From the NCBI RefSeq assembly GCF_009914755.1, contig NC_060926.1: DNA of 64,000 nt; one strand, given 5' to 3'. The translations under genes and the position numbers were made by a program. The DNA comes from the human T2T-CHM13v2.0 reference genome, Homo sapiens. The notes under the pieces are model-generated. The model did no database searches. It was given only the letters and a program-made list of their open reading frames with translations, and had not been told where the DNA came from. Shown piece after piece: positions 58,856-64,000 of this stretch. Each line of letters opens with the position of its first letter. Position 1 is the first letter of the stretch.

Positions 58856-59830
58856 CATTCATTTATTCTTTCATTCAACATACATTTGTTCAATAATTAC
58901 TTAAAAAGCATGCTAATTGTTATTTGTTCTGTCAAACACAAAGATTAATAATAAGCAGTGTCTGCTTTGAACAGAAATATTAGCTGTCATTTACTGAGCT
59001 TAGTATATGTCTGGCATTGTGCTAGCACTTCACATATAGTGTTATTCAACCTTATAGCATGAATTAAGGCAGACATTATTATCACCCATTTTACAGTTGG
59101 GCAAACAATTTAGGGAGGCTGATTTCTTGCCTAAGTTTGTACAGCTAGTTGGGAAAACATGTTGATATCACTCTTTGCTTTGTTCGTCTGAAAAGCCTAT
59201 TTTTCCTACAAGTCTAAACTGCTTCTTCTAAGAATTAGTCTTAGTAAGAGGAGGAGGGAGATAGCTACATTTATAAATAATTGTTATAATATAGGTGGAA
59301 TTTGATAAGTATCATTCAAAAAGCTATGTGAGTTTGGAGAGCCTGCTTCTTTGCTGAATAATTAGGGGAGAGCATCGTGGAAGTGATGGTATTTGAACTA
59401 GAAATTGAAGAACTCGTAGGATTTTAATTTGCGGAGATGGGGATAATAGAGGTAATGTAGATGTTAGAAAAGTGTAACTGGGTTAGGAAGAGCATGGAGA
59501 CATTTGGGAAATAGCAAATCATACACCTTAGAGTAATCGATGTGGGAGGATTGATGGGTTAGATGGCTGGTTGAGTCCTTATCACACAAGATCATATATG
59601 GTAGCTAGTGGGAGTTTAGCAAGTAATAATGAGCAGTTGCAGGTGGTTGAGTAGGAGATTGACATAGGGTAGGGCAACAGGAAGAGAAATCCAGCTGGGC
59701 TACCCAGGATGGACTGGAAGGGTTTGGTGACAGTGACGCTAGGAGGTTTGCAATAATCTGGAAAATGATGACGCGGGTAGAGGGGGATTGGTGATGGGAG
59801 CTATAAAGAGAGAGAGTGAAATGTGTTGAC
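58856..59830 (-). mobile_element. L2 3' portion, interrupted by MIR
   Basis: (CATT)n-like tail followed by purine-rich antisense L2 body. Confidence 0.65.
58980..59220 (-). mobile_element. MIR
   Basis: CATTTACTGAGC...CTGGCATTGTGCTAGCACTT...CCCATTTTACAG...ACAGCTAGT. Confidence 0.75.
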
Positions 59831-60296
59831 ATTTCTATAAAAAGTTAACTGCAAGTCTGGAGCAAAAAGAAGAGCCATTTGTTATATCTATATCTATGTT
59901 TCCCACCAACTGACCAGTTGTTCAATTAAAGTACATTTGCCTCTTCCCTCGAATTATCTTTTTTTACTTTATTAAGTCATACTCTCCGGGGGCCCTACCA
60001 AGCACCTGCATCTAATTTGGAAATGGGTTGTCATGGCTCCTGTTGCGACTGTTCTGCATTTGGAAGTTCATTTTCTATTCCGTTTATTTCGATTAAATGC
60101 TTTGCTATTAGACTCCTTGCAAGTCATACCCCCGGAATATGAAGTCAGAAAATAACGTGAGCAGCCCTGAAAGTGCTGAATTGCTGGTCAGTGTTGTGAG
60201 GAGCAAGAGGAATAAAAGGATAACAGTGCATGTTGCAAGTAATTTTGTAGAAGAGGTTTATTCCATTTTTGCCCCTGAAATAGTTCTGATTTTCTA

Positions 60297-60341
60297 AAAA
60301 AAAAAAAAAAAGAAAGAAAGAAAAAGAAAAAAGAAAAGAAA
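60297..60341. repeat. A-rich/(GAAA)n tract
   Basis: Seen directly. Confidence 0.8.
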
Positions 60342-61529
60342 CGGTGTGCTTGGTTGATTCTGTTAACATTTCCCTTTCCCTGTGCCCCTCAAGGTAGGTC
60401 TGTGCACATGGAGAGGTTAATATTAATATTGCCTTTTTACAGCTAAATTATCTGGCTCTAGAACCATTCACAGATTCTATTAAAGACCCCTGTGGAGGAT
60501 TGCTTCTTCAAATAGGCATTTTAATTCACCCGGGTACAATAAGGTGTTACCTTTCTTTCATTAATAAAATGGGAACTCATAAAGAAAACCAGATTATCTT
60601 GAATTTATGATCAAGTAATTTTGTTTCTCTTAGCCTGGATAATAATTGTGAAACATCATTTCCCCCCTTCTTTCCTTTTCCCTTCATACACTTCGACATT
60701 CTTAATTTCTCATGTTTATTTATCTTTTTTATTTTAATTTGACAGGGAAAGCTATCTAGGACCCCAGGAGGCAAACGCTGTGACTCAAGAATTGGTCTTT
60801 TCCATCTCCAATTTAATGAAATAATAAGCCAGTAATTGATTTATATTTATATTTACATTTGCCTTACAAATTCTGGGATTTTTGTCACCTTTATTGTAAT
60901 TCCATAAGTAGTCACTAAATTACTTCCAATGACCTCTGTTTTTCCCTTACCTACCCAGTGACTGAAGTCCTTTATTTTTGTCTAGGGGCTTTGTTCTTCT
61001 CTTTAATTTCTCCTGGCGTTTTTCCTTACCTCAAATTTTAGTTTTCATTTCAAAATGTTATTGAGTTAATTTTTTTTTTTTGGCCTAAAACTCTGTACCT
61101 TTATTAACAGATAATTTGCTTAAAACAATTTGGCTTTGTGTCTTTCTCCCTTCTCACAGTCTCATCTCAAGTGTTCTAATGAGGACTGGATTCTGGTCGT
61201 ATTAACAATTTAGGACACAACTTGGAATTGGAAAGTAAGCTAGCTGGGCTTCTGAGCATTTTGGGTGCACTCACAAAACCTTTTTATCCAAATCATGATG
61301 TTCATGGGCCTTCCTTCATTCAGACACTTGTTGCTTTCTCCATTCTTATTAAGAAACCTTTATTATCTGGTAATAACTTAAAGAAGATTAGATATAGCTT
61401 ATTAGAAGGAGGATTGAGGAAAGAAGGATCTGTTGGATTTAGGCAAATGGCATAAGAAATGATAGCTGATAGCCTGATATTTGTGGAAAATATTAAGCAC
61501 TGAAAAATTTGTAACTACATTAATATTGG

Positions 61530-61715
61530 CAAATGTGATCTCTGGGGCACCCACTATGTGTCAGGTGCTTTTCCATATATCATCTAAGTATCAGTGTTTC
61601 CATTTTATAGATGAGCAAATTCGGGCTGAGATGTAAATTGTCAAAACTGTCACAGCTAGTAAGTGGCACTACCAGAGTTATCCAGTAGTCTGTCTGACTC
61701 CTGAAATTGTGATGT
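61530..61715 (-). mobile_element. MIR
   Basis: CACTATGTGTCAGG...CCATTTTATAGATGAG...GTCACAGCTAGTAAGTGGCA...CTGTCTGACTCC. Confidence 0.8.
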
Positions 61716-62046
61716 TGTTCTGTTTCTCCCTATTACCTCAGTGTGCTGCAGTGGGTGCCTGCCCATGAGCACTCATCTTTGAAGAGAAAACTAAATTCAA
61801 TTCTGTGGCTTCTCCTTGAGGAAGCAAAAAAACAAGTTGTCTTGAAAGAATTTCATTGAAATGAAAGTATATATTTTTGGTTGTTAGGAAATGAACTCTT
61901 AAGCTATTTTAAAAGTTAATTATGTGGAACACCCGAGTTCACAGTAAAACAAGATTATTTTAAAATAATCCTGACATCAGAATATCTGGAAATTTGATCC
62001 CTGGATTGGGTTTTCCTTTAAAAAAAAGTTCACCATGAGATATCAA

Positions 62047-62810
62047 CATTCATTCATTTATTCACTCACTTTGGTTAACAAACATTGAGTGACTATTGTG
62101 CACACAGAAACATTGTTGTGACTCTTGAGAATTTGACCAGATAAGAAAACAAAACTAAACAGAAAATACAAAAAGCATGAAAAGTGAATTTCTGTTATTT
62201 AAATAAATGCTGAAATAGTGCTCCTCTTCCTCTACCTCATTCTTCATGTTGCCACTGGAGTTTTTTTTTCCTAAATCCGTAATATGATGGCATTACTTCC
62301 TGGTTTCAAACCTCTGACTACCATCACTGCCTATTAAATGTCACGTGGCCTTTCAGAACCTGTTGGTATCCTGCCTTTTCTGTCTCAGCTGAGGCTGCAT
62401 CCTAAACTGCTCACTCTTATGCCCCAACTGGCAGGCACTCTCACATCTCCTTGCCTGCCCTCTTGCTACTTCCTCCTGGGGCACATCCTGTGTTCTCTCA
62501 TTCTCTGTTCATCCTGCAGGATCCAACTCAAATGGCCTGGTTGGAAACTGCAAATAGACTAGCGTCTTACGGTTTAGCATGCACAAGAATAGAGAGGCAG
62601 CAGCCTAGCAGGCTCAGAACATGGGATGGCTCCATATTGTTGGAGGGCCTGTAGGTGTGATAATTTCACTCTGCCATGTATATATTTGGGGAGCCTTTGG
62701 AGGTATGGTTTTTACCCCAGGGGATAAGATTGGACTGAGAAAGACTAATTAGGAAATGCTGGAACAGTTCAAGGCAGAGACAAAGGCCTGTCTAAGGTGG
62801 TGCTGCAGGG
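62047..62810. mobile_element. Cluster of L2 fragments in both orientations
   Basis: (CATT)n tail at 62047, plus-strand-like body at ~62240-62540, minus-strand-like body at ~62640-62810. Confidence 0.45.
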
Positions 62811-62939
62811 CTGCTCATGGTCTTGTTCAGACTCCTGCAGCTATATCAGAACTGTCTGGCTGAGCTTGCTCCTTAAAGTCTCATTACAATTTTTTTGGAC
62901 ACTGACTGTCTTCTTGGATCTCCTATAATCTGATTTTAG

Positions 62940-63358
62940 CTCTTACACATTCTTCCTTGTTCTCTCAGCTCAGGCCATCCTGACCTCCTTGCTGTTCTTT
63001 GAACCTTTAAGAAAATCCCACTGTGGGAGCTCTGCCCTTTCTGCTCCCTCTGCCTAAACACAGTCCCCACCATTCTCTGCTCAGGGAGTGTGTCCCTACT
63101 GACTCCATTTCAATTAGCACCCCTCTCAGCCACATTCTCACTTTTTACCCTGCTTTATCTCCTTTTTGGTACTCACAGCCATCTCCTATTGTGTGTATAT
63201 GTTTTTACTGCCCTGTTTACCCCATTCAGAATGTAGATTCTTTAAGATTAAACAGCAGTTTTGTTCTCTGCTATATTCCAGCATCGAGAACTATGCCTGG
63301 CATAGAGTAGGTGCTCAAAAATATATATTTAATCATTTAGTAAATTAATAAATAAGTG
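62940..63358 (+). mobile_element. L2 3' end
   Basis: CCTCCTTGCTGTTCTTTGAAC...TGCCTGGCATAGAGTAGGTGCTCAAAAATAT and degenerate tail. Confidence 0.75.
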
Positions 63359-64000
63359 AGCGTCACAAATCCCCCTGATTCCTCCACTAATCGTTCTACC
63401 ATCACAAGAACTGATGGGCAACCTTTATGCCAGTATTTTCCAAACCTCTTCACCTCAGGACGTAGAAAATATGATAATATTTGCCTGGTATGACAGTATA
63501 CTAGCAGGGTTTTAAAGATAGCTATCTGGTGCTTAGTGAACAAAAAGGAATTACGTTTTTCAGTTCAATTATGGTAAGAAAAATGAAATCAAATATTGGA
63601 TAAAATGTTAAATATTGAATTTTCATAAAAGTTCCAAATGAAAATTTTGTAATTTTACAAAATTTTATAACCACCACTGCCTTATGGCACAGCTGTAACC
63701 TGTTTGCCACATACCGGCGGGTGTTGGCTCCCCGTTGCCTTTTTCCATTCTGTCTGGATTTCGGATTTTGCCTTTGGGGCAGGCCTTGCTGGCAGCACAG
63801 TGTCCCTCGCTGCATCCCACACCTTCCTTGTGAGCTGGCCTGTTCCATCAGGGCAGTTAGCTGGACGGTGGCCCATGCTATGATAATAAGGATGCTGAAT
63901 GTGAATTGTCTGCCTTCACCAGCATGACAAAATAGTAAGTAAGTAATGTTTGCGAAAGTTTGGCGTGTTGGAGGCCTCCTTGCTTAACCGCAGCTGAGCA

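Overview
Primate (human-like) AT-rich, CpG-poor genomic DNA with no recognisable intact protein-coding gene, RNA gene or CpG-island promoter. It reads as deep intronic or intergenic sequence. Much of it is interspersed repeat: about 11 Alu/FLAM/FRAM elements, one 5'-truncated ~5.7 kb L1PA7-like element with TSDs, older L1PA15/16 and L1M fragments, solo LTRs (MLT1B, MLT1D, MLT1G, MSTD, MLT2, MER66), MER5 MITEs and many MIR/L2 fossils. Most supplied ORFs are repeat-derived or chance. The most striking observation is a ~180 bp non-repeat insert inside an MLT2 LTR (~31052-31235). On the minus strand it encodes MCALITCPVPACGNPT, which I recognise from memory as part of a CRIM1 VWC domain. It ends in a CAG|GTAAAA donor followed by intron-like sequence, so it looks like an unspliced exon/intron fragment captured without poly(A) or TSD. 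Other candidates are a 9-nt microexon, an RFX/SOX/TCF motif cluster and nested inverted Alus. Repeat subfamily names come from remembered consensus sequences, not database searches, and the boundaries of old repeats are approximate.
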